A stretch of 64,000 bases of DNA from Klebsiella phage KP13-16, in the sequence record OP617741.1. The stretch is one strand, 5' to 3'. Within the stretch, counting starts at the first letter, position 1. Every line of letters starts with the position of its first letter. The position numbers and the translations under genes were made by a program. Under the pieces are notes generated by a model that saw only the letters and a list, made by a program, of their open reading frames with translations, was not told where the DNA came from and searched no databases. Of this stretch, positions 44,249 through 53,573 are shown piece after piece.

Positions 44249-44527
44249 TTAAGATTTATTCCACTTTTTAAGTAATTTAGATGCAAGTTGATAATTACCA
44301 TTTGCATGACCATCTGTCTTTGCGGCTTCCCGAAGATAGGGTAGAGATTGTTCAAGAACATCTGCAAGTTCAGGAGAAATAGCGATAACTTTGGCAAGCT
44401 CTTTCGTTTCTGCCTCACAAATAGGTTGGCATGAAGTAAAACCAGGACCAAGGCGCTCAAAACTTCCTTTTCGAATAACACGATGTTCATCACCAAACTG
44501 TTTATATTCCCACTTTTCTTTAGTCAT
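44249..44527 (-). CDS. hypothetical protein
   Basis: Start MTKEKWEY after AAGGTG. Confidence 0.45.
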   Translation of the reverse strand: MTKEKWEYKQFGDEHRVIRKGSFERLGPGFTSCQPICEAETKELAKVIAISPELADVLEQSLPYLREAAKTDGHANGNYQLASKLLKKWNKS

Positions 44528-44537
44528 TTTATACACC

Positions 44538-44864
44538 TTAGAATTCGTTATTGTAACCTTTGTACATCCCAGTATTGGCAATTGCATCTTTGATTAATCC
44601 ATCAAAGAGTTTTACAAACTGAGTGGCTGTTGAATTATAATCCCAATAATAGTCAGCAGTATCATTATAAGCACCGACACACAAAGAAGATCCGTTTCCG
44701 AAGTTTTCATGTTCAATAAATAGATAATCATTAAAGAATTGTTTTAGTTTCTGGTTATCAGTCTCAATGAAACGCCCCCAACCACAATAAGGACCTTCAT
44801 CATCACCTAAACCACGAATTTCATTAACAAACTCATTTTTCTTAATTTTGTACTTTATTTTCAT
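44538..44864 (-). CDS. hypothetical protein
   Basis: 108 aa. Confidence 0.5.
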   Translation of the reverse strand: MKIKYKIKKNEFVNEIRGLGDDEGPYCGWGRFIETDNQKLKQFFNDYLFIEHENFGNGSSLCVGAYNDTADYYWDYNSTATQFVKLFDGLIKDAIANTGMYKGYNNEF

Positions 44865-45189
44865 ATTTTATTTTTGCCCATTCGATTGCCGCAAGTATCA
44901 CATCACAATGACATGCCACTTCTTTGTTCGGCTGTTTACAGAAGCATACAAGGTCTTTACCATCTAAGTCAAGCAGATCTTGAATAGTAATTTTACCTGT
45001 ACGGATTTGTTGCCACAACCACACTCGGTATTGTTCAATAACCTCAGCACGATTTGAACCGTCTTTATTCAATCTAAATTTATTAGCAAACTTAGATCCC
45101 TTCAAACCAAGATGGGGCATAGCTCGCCCCATATATTCAGCATTCTCAGGGATCACTTTACCGATGTGGTAAAAGTTTAATACTCTCAT
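44842..45189 (-). CDS. DUF4326-like protein
   Basis: GKDLVCFCKQPNKEVACHCDVIL pattern. Confidence 0.45.
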   Translation of the reverse strand: MRVLNFYHIGKVIPENAEYMGRAMPHLGLKGSKFANKFRLNKDGSNRAEVIEQYRVWLWQQIRTGKITIQDLLDLDGKDLVCFCKQPNKEVACHCDVILAAIEWAKIKYENKVQN

Positions 45190-45250
45190 TTCTTCCTCTT
45201 AAAGATAACGTCTGTTGCCCAGATAATCAACAGAAAGATAAATACACTTA

Positions 45251-45496
45251 CTATGATATTAACTGTCTCCCAGTCCATACGTCACCTCCAGGATCTGTTG
45301 AGATTAAATTATACTCAATACCCTCTATGATTGCTACATCTTTTTCATAGATAACCAACCATTTATCATCGACACAAGAGGGTTTACAGATAGGTGTGTA
45401 ACCTAATAATGCCGTCATAGTGTCTACTGCAAGTCTTCTGGTATTGAACTCTTTTACAACTATGTCTTTCTCAGATTTAATAGTGCATGTTAACAT
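45251..45496 (-). CDS. hypothetical protein (tandem paralog of 45564-45785)
   Basis: VKEFNTRRLAVDTMTALL...DKWLVIYEK vs KIFNTRSKAVSTMSALL...DKWLVSYEK. Confidence 0.45.
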   Translation of the reverse strand: MLTCTIKSEKDIVVKEFNTRRLAVDTMTALLGYTPICKPSCVDDKWLVIYEKDVAIIEGIEYNLISTDPGGDVWTGRQLIS

Positions 45497-45563
45497 AAAA
45501 CCTCCTAAAGTGTTATACTACTATTTTACCGTAGTATTGACCTTAAGAGGTTAAGAATCATCC

Positions 45564-45785
45564 CTATTGTGAATTATCTGTTAATTTTTCAGCATCGTCT
45601 GCTTCAGCCCTAGTAAACTCCCCATCCATAATGATAGAGGTCTCTTTTTCGTAAGAGACTAACCATTTATCCTGCATCTTGTTTATCTGAAATTTATCTT
45701 CCAGCAACGCAGACATTGTTGAAACTGCTTTGCTCCTGGTATTGAAGATTTTTCCTACAACTTCTCTCTGATTAATTATTTCCAT
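45564..45785 (-). CDS. hypothetical protein (tandem paralog)
   Basis: See above. Confidence 0.45.
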   Translation of the reverse strand: MEIINQREVVGKIFNTRSKAVSTMSALLEDKFQINKMQDKWLVSYEKETSIIMDGEFTRAEADDAEKLTDNSQ

Positions 45786-45791
45786 TAGATC

Positions 45792-46460
45792 TCACTCAAT
45801 ATTTAAACGTTTACACATACGTTGAACTTGAATAGGTGAATATTCACCACCATTACGTGCTTTGATCCCTTTCTTGTTAAAGTTATCTGCAATCTGTGCA
45901 TAGGTTAAACCAATGGAGCGCATGGTGTCAAGCTTTTCTTTGTACTGCTCTGCAAAATTTGTAGCAGATTTGGCAAGACGTTGACCGAACACTTTACTAC
46001 TTTTGTTTCTGTGTACCGCAGCACCAATAAGAACACCTTTTGATTTAGCAACACTCAGGGCTGCTTTGGTTCGGGATGAGATAGCTCGTGCCTCTTCCTC
46101 TGCCATTACAGACATAATCTGAATAACCATGTTAGTGGCACTTGGCATTGTAGCAATTCGTACATTGATTCGGTTTAACAGGTGGCTGACAGACTCTACC
46201 TGACGACCAAGACGGTCAACTTTAGAAACCAGAAGAGTTGAGCCAGTCTCCTCGCAGAGTTTAACTGCCTTTACTAGCTCTTTACGCTCAGTCCAGATAG
46301 ACTTACCGGAATATGTCTCTGAAAACTCTGCAATTACTTCTGCCCCTGGAATCTGTTTAAGGAAACATTGGATATCATGGTCCTGTGAACCAAAACCATA
46401 CTGATTACCTTCAACTTTTTCTTTAGAAAGACGTTTGTAAACTACAAATTTCTCTGACAT
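45792..46460 (-). CDS. serine recombinase (resolvase/invertase family)
   Basis: N-terminal YKRLSKEK with catalytic Ser, SKVDRLGR block, C-terminal HTH GLTYAQIADNF. Confidence 0.75.
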   Translation of the reverse strand: MSEKFVVYKRLSKEKVEGNQYGFGSQDHDIQCFLKQIPGAEVIAEFSETYSGKSIWTERKELVKAVKLCEETGSTLLVSKVDRLGRQVESVSHLLNRINVRIATMPSATNMVIQIMSVMAEEEARAISSRTKAALSVAKSKGVLIGAAVHRNKSSKVFGQRLAKSATNFAEQYKEKLDTMRSIGLTYAQIADNFNKKGIKARNGGEYSPIQVQRMCKRLNIE

Positions 46461-46530
46461 TTTAAAACTCCGATTTGTTCTGTTCTTGTTATGTAGTTTG
46501 GCCTAGTCTCAGACTTTTGTCAAGTCTAAA

Positions 46531-46556
46531 AATGAAAAAAGCACCCGAAGGTGCTT
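46531..46556 (-). terminator. rho-independent terminator (AAGCACC cgaa GGTGCTT + U-run on minus strand)
   Basis: Seen directly. Confidence 0.6.
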
Positions 46557-46566
46557 GTATAAAGTT

Positions 46567-46761
46567 TTAGGTTGTCGTTGGTGTCTCAGATTCCAGTGTG
46601 GTTTCTACTACAGTCAGTGTGTTAGGATCAATCGTTACACCGAAAGCCCTTTGAAGAAGAACTGCTGCAACTTGTTTAGCTTGGTCTTCTGTTGCTGCAT
46701 AGACACCTACACCACGTCTGGTATTTGAACCAGAATCAATATAACAAACTTCAAAATACAT
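46567..46761 (-). CDS. hypothetical protein
   Basis: Start MYFEVCY after AAAAGGAAAA. Confidence 0.4.
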   Translation of the reverse strand: MYFEVCYIDSGSNTRRGVGVYAATEDQAKQVAAVLLQRAFGVTIDPNTLTVVETTLESETPTTT

Positions 46762-46804
46762 GATATTTTCCTTTTTAGTGATCACTATAGTATTTTAACA
46801 TATT

Positions 46805-47311
46805 TCACACAAAATAGAAAGTATCTTCTAGTCCTAATCTGTTCTTTCTGTCCCAGATGTAGTAACAGTATTCTGTCATATCATTTCTGCTACCTTTAAA
46901 TTTTGGTCTTTTTGTTAAAGTAATTAGTGCATCTGGTTTATTAGCATTCCAGAATTCTTTACGTTTCTTAGAACCAAGAAAATTAGCTCTTTGAAGGTAG
47001 ATTATCACATCTGCTTCAGTAAAGCTCTTTTCAAGAAAAGGTACAGATAAGCTGAATGGCGGATTTGTTATAATGCAATCAACGTGTTCAAATTTTGTAG
47101 TTAAATAATCTACACCTTCACTCAACTCTGCCCATTGCGATCCTTCTGGCATATACTTATAAAAAGATTTAGCTTCACCACGACAAGGTTCAAGATAAGT
47201 CCAATCCTGTCTCATAGGGATTACTTCAAAAAGATCTAGGACAGTATATTCTGGAGTGGGGTAATATTCGTTACTAGGTTTGTCATAATTATTTGCCAAC
47301 ATCACCTCCAT
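46805..47311 (-). CDS. DNA amino-methyltransferase (N6-adenine or N4-cytosine)
   Basis: DCIITNPPF motif IV and YYPTPE motif. Confidence 0.7.
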   Translation of the reverse strand: MEVMLANNYDKPSNEYYPTPEYTVLDLFEVIPMRQDWTYLEPCRGEAKSFYKYMPEGSQWAELSEGVDYLTTKFEHVDCIITNPPFSLSVPFLEKSFTEADVIIYLQRANFLGSKKRKEFWNANKPDALITLTKRPKFKGSRNDMTEYCYYIWDRKNRLGLEDTFYFV

Positions 47312-47867
47312 AAATCTTTCTAAACTCTGTCAAAACCTCTTCCCTACTTCTATCTCTAATATTGATACATGGTATATGAAGACTCTTTGCAAGATTCCAG
47401 GCAGTAGCCGTGCCACCTTCCACACGTTCGATATTATACTGGTCAAAATTAAAATCAGCACAAGCAATAAGGATTTCAGATGGTGTGTTTAAGTCTAAAC
47501 CTAAAACTTGATGGATATTCCTCTGGTGGAGTTTAAGAGCACCTTGAGTCAATCTATTAAAAGCTGGATGGATCTTTTTCACATATTCCAATGTCTCATC
47601 TGGCATAGGTAAGACAATTTCATCACCAATTAAAGCACTTCCACCTTTAAAGTTCTCCCAAGGAATATAAATTTCAGGTTTTAAGTATGTACCTTCTCTA
47701 AATCCAAGTTCTCCTGCCGTATCAGCACCATTTGCTTTACCAGAACGAATAATATATCCATGTTGAGCAAAATATTTAGCAATTCCAAATAGAGTTAAAT
47801 ATTCTTTCTCTGAAATATTCCTACTCCCCACTAAAGTAAAATATTTATTCATATTAATCAAATCCAA
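47289..47867 (-). CDS. DprA/Smf-like (SLOG-domain) protein
   Basis: TLVGSRNISEKEY ... GYIIRSGKANGADTAG resembles DprA Rossmann core. Confidence 0.5.
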   Translation of the reverse strand: MDLINMNKYFTLVGSRNISEKEYLTLFGIAKYFAQHGYIIRSGKANGADTAGELGFREGTYLKPEIYIPWENFKGGSALIGDEIVLPMPDETLEYVKKIHPAFNRLTQGALKLHQRNIHQVLGLDLNTPSEILIACADFNFDQYNIERVEGGTATAWNLAKSLHIPCINIRDRSREEVLTEFRKIYGGDVGK

Positions 47868-48132
47868 TCACCTGAGATTTAGGTTGATTTAACCAATACT
47901 CAATTCCACCAAAAGACCCAGGTTTCCACTCGGTAGGTTTATATATGGGATTTTCCCTTTTCCGTAACTCTTTAATTATTTCTTCAAGTTCTACTTTGGA
48001 TTCAACCTCGACTTTATCCTCTTCTCTATCTTTTGCTATAAAAGATTCTACAAAACTCTTATCTTCTGTCTCTATTTCATATGTGACTGAAATATCACCA
48101 ATAAGCCGAGTAATTTTTACTTTATATATCAT
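47854..48132 (-). CDS. hypothetical acidic protein
   Basis: 92 aa. Confidence 0.45.
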   Translation of the reverse strand: MIYKVKITRLIGDISVTYEIETEDKSFVESFIAKDREEDKVEVESKVELEEIIKELRKRENPIYKPTEWKPGSFGGIEYWLNQPKSQVIGFD

Positions 48133-48905
48133 TCTTCATCTTCTCCTGTGATATAATGATTAATATTATCGCCATCTAACCATGTGAAACACAATTTACC
48201 ATTAAATACTGAGCCTGTATCTGTATAAATCCTATTTTCAATGTGCAATGGTTTTTCTACATAGGAGTGTCCATGGAAAACATAATCAATACCCAAGACA
48301 GGTTTAACTTTACCAGAACCTTTTGGATTTTCTTTATGGTAAAAGAAAGCTTCTAAGGTATTACGATCCCACATTAAAGACTCTCTGCCTTTGTCAGTTT
48401 TTAGCATTGATAAAACTTGATCCCAAGTAGTGTCAAGATACTCAAACCCTACAGACTCATATTTACAAGGAATTCCACCATGAATGAATCCTAGTTTTTT
48501 ACCTCTGTGGTGGACTTCAAGTACAATAGGTTTCTGATTAAGCCATTTACACAAAACTTCCATTCCAGACTCACCCACTTCATCTAAGACACTATGTCCA
48601 CCATTCTGATACCAACAATGATACCAGTTTCGGTCTGATAAAGCATCCATCATCATCTTCTCATGGTTTCCTAAAACCATGTATCGATTTTCTTTCTGAG
48701 TAAACTCTACAAACATCTTTAGATTTTCTTTTCCGCGATCACCTAAATCACCGAGAGAAATAACTACATCAGAATCTTTGATGCCGAGTCTTTTACAGCC
48801 CTCCTTATAGAGGGCATGCATACCATGAACATCAGAGATGATGTAAAGATCTTTCTCATCAGGAATTATCAGTTTCTGATAGAACGGTTGGTAATTTTGA
48901 AGCAT
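48129..48905 (-). CDS. Ser/Thr protein phosphatase (calcineurin-like metallophosphoesterase)
   Basis: DVHGM, GDLGDRG, GNHE motifs; start MLQNYQ after AGGAGA. Confidence 0.85.
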   Translation of the reverse strand: MLQNYQPFYQKLIIPDEKDLYIISDVHGMHALYKEGCKRLGIKDSDVVISLGDLGDRGKENLKMFVEFTQKENRYMVLGNHEKMMMDALSDRNWYHCWYQNGGHSVLDEVGESGMEVLCKWLNQKPIVLEVHHRGKKLGFIHGGIPCKYESVGFEYLDTTWDQVLSMLKTDKGRESLMWDRNTLEAFFYHKENPKGSGKVKPVLGIDYVFHGHSYVEKPLHIENRIYTDTGSVFNGKLCFTWLDGDNINHYITGEDEE

Positions 48906-49773
48906 CTGAATGTTTCTCCTGAATCTCAACAAGTTTACTGTGAAGTTTAATTTTAAGATCTGACTTAAGTGATTTTTCTTTTGCAATAACACCAAACGCT
49001 TGTAGGTTATCCAAAATGTCTTTCTTGCTTAAGATTTCTAAGCATCGTTTCGCATCACCTTGAATTTTTATATTCAAGCACTCACCTTTTAAAGTTTCTC
49101 CATCACTAGAGAATACTTGAAGGAAGCCATCTTTAAAGAGTGCTAATGTAGCTGTTTCTGCAATAATCTGATCATCGTCATCTTCCTTATCTAGAATTTC
49201 AGATTTAACATCTTCATTAACAGGTTCCTCACCAAAGATATACTTAACCAACTCCTCTTTGGTCATCTCTTCAGCTTTTTCTTTCGTCAGTTCTTCTGGT
49301 TCTTCATCCAAATGTTCAATGAAAAGCTCTCCACCAGTAAAAACATCACGTTTAATTGCTACTTTAACTGCATCTTCAGCAGATGCCCCAGCATCCATAG
49401 CAGATAAGGCAAAATCTGCACCAGAACCAATAGCATAATACTCAGCCCCAACAATTTCATAGCAACGTTTACCACCTTCGTACATGAAGATAACTCCATC
49501 AGTAAAGACAACAATACCAGTGAAATCTTCATCGTCGATATTTTCAGGAATAAAAACTTGTACATGTGGTGACTCACCCTGGACAACTTGTGCATCACTC
49601 CATTCTTCAAACCACTTAAAGAATTGAAGTACACTGGAGAGTCTACCTGCACCACCAACTAAACAACCATTAATCTTTCTTACTTTTTTTAGATTTGTTT
49701 GATCAATACGATCACCCCAACTAACTTGACCGTCTGAAACCATCACCCCATTACGTGTTGCAATTGTAGTCAT
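48859..49773 (-). CDS. HslV-like Ntn peptidase (proteasome beta-type) with acidic C-terminal extension
   Basis: MTTIATRNGVMVSDGQVSWG ... matches HslV N-terminus with Thr2 nucleophile. Confidence 0.8.
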   Translation of the reverse strand: MTTIATRNGVMVSDGQVSWGDRIDQTNLKKVRKINGCLVGGAGRLSSVLQFFKWFEEWSDAQVVQGESPHVQVFIPENIDDEDFTGIVVFTDGVIFMYEGGKRCYEIVGAEYYAIGSGADFALSAMDAGASAEDAVKVAIKRDVFTGGELFIEHLDEEPEELTKEKAEEMTKEELVKYIFGEEPVNEDVKSEILDKEDDDDQIIAETATLALFKDGFLQVFSSDGETLKGECLNIKIQGDAKRCLEILSKKDILDNLQAFGVIAKEKSLKSDLKIKLHSKLVEIQEKHSDASKLPTVLSETDNS

Positions 49774-49812
49774 TGTACTCTCCTCTTTATGGGAGTCCTT
49801 TCCCTTGTTAAT

Positions 49813-50274
49813 TTATTCCTCTTCAATATAACTTAAGAGTTCCCACATACCTTTTTTATACTTCAAGAGATACTCTAAAGCACGTACTGTATCTTTGTCT
49901 GCCACGATACTGCCTGTAACAAGATTAGACTTATTTAAATCACCTAAATCTCTAACTAAAGATGCTTTTTTAAATGCTACGTCAGAAAGAACAAGTAACC
50001 TGACATCATCAATATCTATAAGTAAGCTTTCATCTTCTTTATAAGCTAAATCAAGGATAGCTTCAGATAAATTCTGGTGTTGATTATCTTTCAAGTAGTA
50101 TTGTGAAACAATATCCTTACCGAATACAAATTTATGCAGTAAATCCTCTGTTCTCAAGAAAATTTCACGCATAATTATATTATCCCTGATATAAGCATAT
50201 TCATTAGGTTTTACTAGGCCAAATCTATAAGCCTCGTCAATTTTCTCCTTATCTATAGTTGCATATGTTGCCAT
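49813..50274 (-). CDS. hypothetical protein
   Basis: 153 aa. Confidence 0.5.
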   Translation of the reverse strand: MATYATIDKEKIDEAYRFGLVKPNEYAYIRDNIIMREIFLRTEDLLHKFVFGKDIVSQYYLKDNQHQNLSEAILDLAYKEDESLLIDIDDVRLLVLSDVAFKKASLVRDLGDLNKSNLVTGSIVADKDTVRALEYLLKYKKGMWELLSYIEEE

Positions 50275-50281
50275 CTATACC

Positions 50282-51028
50282 TCATGCATAAAGTTCTGTG
50301 ATGAGTTTAGAGAGTTCACTACGTTGGTTTTCATCGGTTGTTAATTTAACATAGTGGATAAGTTCTTGAGTACTTTCTACAAACCCATCTTCGGCTTGTT
50401 CTGTTACTTTAGAAATCAAATCTGAGAAACCATCATCGCGTTTCTTGACAGAATATCGCTGCCGTGAATCTCCACAAACAACCACTCGACTACCCTCACC
50501 TGCACGTTCGAGCACAAGTTTCATTGTATTAGGTGAGAATGTTTGTCCTTCATCCACAATAATAATACAGTTATCAAAAGTTGTACCAAGCAGATAGTTT
50601 GGGATTGTAAATTCAAGTTTTGTACCTTCATCACTTTCTAACTTACCTTTAGATACAAAATTCAGGAAAATTCTTTTCATTTCAGAGAAATGGACAGCTA
50701 ACTTATCCTGGACTTCTCCTTTAAGATAGCCGATCATATCATCGCCAGCTTCTGTAGGGTTTTTAATAAACACAATTTTGCGGTAATGTCCCTGTTTAAG
50801 ATCCATCAAAGCTTTCCATACAGCAGTTGAAGTCTTACCAGTCCCAGAAGGACCATCAACAATGGTTAAGTCATGATTATTCATACCGTAGACAATCTCA
50901 CTCTGTGCTTCACTAGGAACGAACCAATCTAGCTTCCAGTCATTGTTTACTACAGCCTTTTCCTGGTATGCACTATGAACTTTCACTGCTTTACGATCAA
51001 TACGATCACGACGATTTTGCTTAGGCAT
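50282..51028 (-). CDS. phoH: PhoH-like ATPase
   Basis: P-loop DGPSGTGKT and PhoH-family blocks. Confidence 0.9.
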   Translation of the reverse strand: MPKQNRRDRIDRKAVKVHSAYQEKAVVNNDWKLDWFVPSEAQSEIVYGMNNHDLTIVDGPSGTGKTSTAVWKALMDLKQGHYRKIVFIKNPTEAGDDMIGYLKGEVQDKLAVHFSEMKRIFLNFVSKGKLESDEGTKLEFTIPNYLLGTTFDNCIIIVDEGQTFSPNTMKLVLERAGEGSRVVVCGDSRQRYSVKKRDDGFSDLISKVTEQAEDGFVESTQELIHYVKLTTDENQRSELSKLITELYA

Positions 51029-51047
51029 ACTACTCTCCTTTTGTTAT

Positions 51048-51066
51048 GCCCACCAAACTAGTGGGC
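51048..51066 (-). other. intergenic RNA hairpin GCCCAC..GTGGGC immediately upstream of phoH RBS
   Basis: Same stem sequence recurs at 53548-53563. Confidence 0.4.
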
Positions 51067-51105
51067 TAATTAACTTATATCAAATCTTCAATCAGAAGTC
51101 AAGCT

Positions 51106-51600
51106 TTACCATCTAGAATAGATGCCTTTTGTGTAAACATTCCACTCTGCATTTCTTCTGTTCAGTACACCTTGATTAAATTTACCTTGAGATTTATTCC
51201 AAGCTTTCCATGCAGCCTCTAAAGTTCTGTATGAGGTTGGCAAACCATTAACCATCTTAACAACAGATGAATTCTTAAACCCACTTATCCCAATGTTATA
51301 GCAAAGCATGACTAAAGCATCAAACTGAGACTGAGAAATTTTAACCTTAATACTTGAATTAACTGCATCCACATAAGGTTTGATTTTAACATCATATAGT
51401 GCATTAGCTTGTTCTACTGTGATCCCATTCTTATATTTATCCCATTCAGCCTGTGAAATCAAATAACCATACCCAATAGTAGCACCCTTAACCCAGGATT
51501 TAATAGGTGCGGATTTAATTCCTTTCTGATCATCATAAGGTTGTGTTGACAACACTTCTATACTTTTTAGGAGGTTTTCACCTTTCTCACTTAAGTTCAT
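51106..51600 (-). CDS. endolysin, T4-type lysozyme (GH24)
   Basis: E/D/T catalytic block ...GYGYLISQAEWDKY..., overall GH24 pattern. Confidence 0.85.
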   Translation of the reverse strand: MNLSEKGENLLKSIEVLSTQPYDDQKGIKSAPIKSWVKGATIGYGYLISQAEWDKYKNGITVEQANALYDVKIKPYVDAVNSSIKVKISQSQFDALVMLCYNIGISGFKNSSVVKMVNGLPTSYRTLEAAWKAWNKSQGKFNQGVLNRRNAEWNVYTKGIYSRW

Positions 51601-51608
51601 GTATTACC

Positions 51609-52010
51609 TCAATGTACCAGTTTCTTTTCTTGATTATGAATTAGATGTTTAGCAAGCTCAATAAAATGTTCATGAGTTGAGTCTTCTAATTTATAAGAGA
51701 TCTCCATACCTCTTTTCATGATTTCATAATCCTCTTCTGTAATCGTAGCCTTAATAAGCTTAATACCTTCAGTTAAGAACCACTCGCGAAGTTTAGGATT
51801 TTTTGCTTTTTCAATACCCTGTTTGATATTTTCAATGGTAACTTCAACTTCAGCTAGGTAATCTCTTGCTTCTTCCACTGTAAAATCTGAAGCATCTTTA
51901 TATGCCCTTTGGAGTTCTAGGTAATCCTCTAGTGATCGTTCTAACTCTGCTCTTACTGCCTCATAAGAGATAGTAAGTTGGTCTTCTAAAATTTTATCAA
52001 AGTCTGACAT
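51609..52010 (-). CDS. hypothetical protein
   Basis: 133 aa. Confidence 0.5.
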   Translation of the reverse strand: MSDFDKILEDQLTISYEAVRAELERSLEDYLELQRAYKDASDFTVEEARDYLAEVEVTIENIKQGIEKAKNPKLREWFLTEGIKLIKATITEEDYEIMKRGMEISYKLEDSTHEHFIELAKHLIHNQEKKLVH

Positions 52011-52012
52011 TA

Positions 52013-52150
52013 TTCTTCACCTTTATCCAACTGCTCAAACAGTTTATGTTCTACGCTACCAGCTTTTTTAGGTTTAGTTTTGTTAACTTTGGAACGCAGT
52101 TCTTTAGACATTTCAATTGCCATCATTTTACGACGAGTTTTACCTTTCAT
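52013..52150 (-). CDS. small basic protein (45 aa)
   Basis: Unlisted ORF MKGKTRRKMMAIEMSKE..., RBS AAGGGGAAAG, TAATG overlap downstream. Confidence 0.45.
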
Positions 52151-52160
52151 ATCTTTCCCC

Positions 52161-52415
52161 TTAAATATCAAACTTAATTGCTTTTTCTAACTCTTCAAAT
52201 CCACCGATGTAATCCATTTCACCAAAACTATCACAGAAAATTTGTGGTACTGTTCTTGGAATTACTCCAAACTCTTGACAGAATTCAAGGAGTTCTTCTT
52301 TTGTGGTGTCAACTCCAATTTGTTTGTAAGTGTATTTCTTTCCTTTTGCATCCAGTAGATTCTTCGCTGCCGTACAGAACTTACAGTTTTCTTTGCCATA
52401 AACTAAATAACTCAT
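52161..52415 (-). CDS. nrdC: glutaredoxin (NrdC-like)
   Basis: CKFC redox motif, glutaredoxin fold pattern, adjacent to nrdAB. Confidence 0.8.
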   Translation of the reverse strand: MSYLVYGKENCKFCTAAKNLLDAKGKKYTYKQIGVDTTKEELLEFCQEFGVIPRTVPQIFCDSFGEMDYIGGFEELEKAIKFDI

Positions 52416-52428
52416 CAAGTCTCCTATG

Positions 52429-53529
52429 TTAATCAAATTTCAATTTAGATAAAAAGTCTTCTGTGACATTAGTATCTAAACTACCAGTTAAATATGAATC
52501 TAATTCCCTTTCTTGTGGTGTAACCTGCACCATATTTGAATTAAGATAACTACTAATCCAGCTTATTGGGTTTCTTGTAGTTTGGAATGGTAATTCTAAC
52601 CCTACTGCTCGTGCTCTTTGTTCTGCGATATATTCAACATAATTTTTAAGGATCTGCGAGTTTAAACCAATCAGAGAACCATCCTTAAATAAATAATCTG
52701 CCCAATCTTTTTCTTGATTAACACATTCTAAGAATAGTGCTTCACATTCTTCTTTATGATCTTCAGCAACACGTGCCATTAAATCACCTTCATTACCATT
52801 CTGGAATTGTTTGATGATATACTGAGTTCCAGATAGATGCAGTGCTTCATCACGAGCAATAAGTTTGATGATACTCGCATTACCTGTCATTAAACGTAGC
52901 TGATCAAATGCAAAAGAGCAAGCAAAGCTGACGTAGAATCGAATAGCCTCAAGTGCGTTAACAGAGTGCATACAAAGATACAGTGCTCTAGCATGTGTAT
53001 ATGGATCTACTTTATCACCATACTCTTTTTTAATGTTAAGCTTGTACAGAGTATCATATGCTTCAGATACAGATTTTGCCCTAGCCATAATCTCTTTAGA
53101 TGTCAAAATATTATCAAGGATTTCTGTTGGATTTGGGAAAGCATTTCTCAGAATATGAGTGTAACTTCTTGCATGAATTGTTTCACTAAATGTCCAAGTT
53201 TCAATCCAGTTTTCAAGGGCTGGGTCAGAGACAATTGGTAGGAATACCGCATTTGGTCCACGTCCTTGAATACTATCTAAGAGTGTTTGATATTGCAAGT
53301 TCGATGTGAAGATGTGCTTTTCATGTGCTTCAAGACTTTTAAAATCTGATGCATCCTTTGAAACGTTAATCTCCTCCGGTCGCCAGAAAAAACCTAGTTG
53401 CTTGGTTGTAAGCTTTTCAAATTTTGGGTGGCGTTGCTGGTCAAATCTGGCAACGTTTACTGATTCACCAAAGAACATTGGTTGTTTCATAAAATCAAAG
53501 GTATTTTTATTAAATGCTGTGAAACTCAA
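52429..53529 (-). CDS. nrdB: ribonucleotide reductase small subunit (class Ia beta)
   Basis: KQPMFFGESVNVARFDQQ matches E. coli NrdB N-terminus; probable TTG start after GGGAG. Confidence 0.9.
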   Translation of the reverse strand: MSFTAFNKNTFDFMKQPMFFGESVNVARFDQQRHPKFEKLTTKQLGFFWRPEEINVSKDASDFKSLEAHEKHIFTSNLQYQTLLDSIQGRGPNAVFLPIVSDPALENWIETWTFSETIHARSYTHILRNAFPNPTEILDNILTSKEIMARAKSVSEAYDTLYKLNIKKEYGDKVDPYTHARALYLCMHSVNALEAIRFYVSFACSFAFDQLRLMTGNASIIKLIARDEALHLSGTQYIIKQFQNGNEGDLMARVAEDHKEECEALFLECVNQEKDWADYLFKDGSLIGLNSQILKNYVEYIAEQRARAVGLELPFQTTRNPISWISSYLNSNMVQVTPQERELDSYLTGSLDTNVTEDFLSKLKFD

Positions 53530-53547
53530 TTTTATCTCCCATAATAT

Positions 53548-53563
53548 GCCCACCGAAGTGGGC
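53548..53563 (-). other. UUCG-tetraloop hairpin GCCCAC uucg GUGGGC in nrdA-nrdB intergenic region
   Basis: Seen directly. Confidence 0.4.
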
Positions 53564-53573
53564 TTTTAAAAAT

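Noticed and set aside
45186-45278. 30-aa hydrophobic ORF with GGAGGTGA RBS overlapping the end of 45251-45496
   Set aside because: Its start and RBS lie inside the last 9 codons of the upstream gene in another frame. It is possible but unsupported, so I did not list it as a feature.
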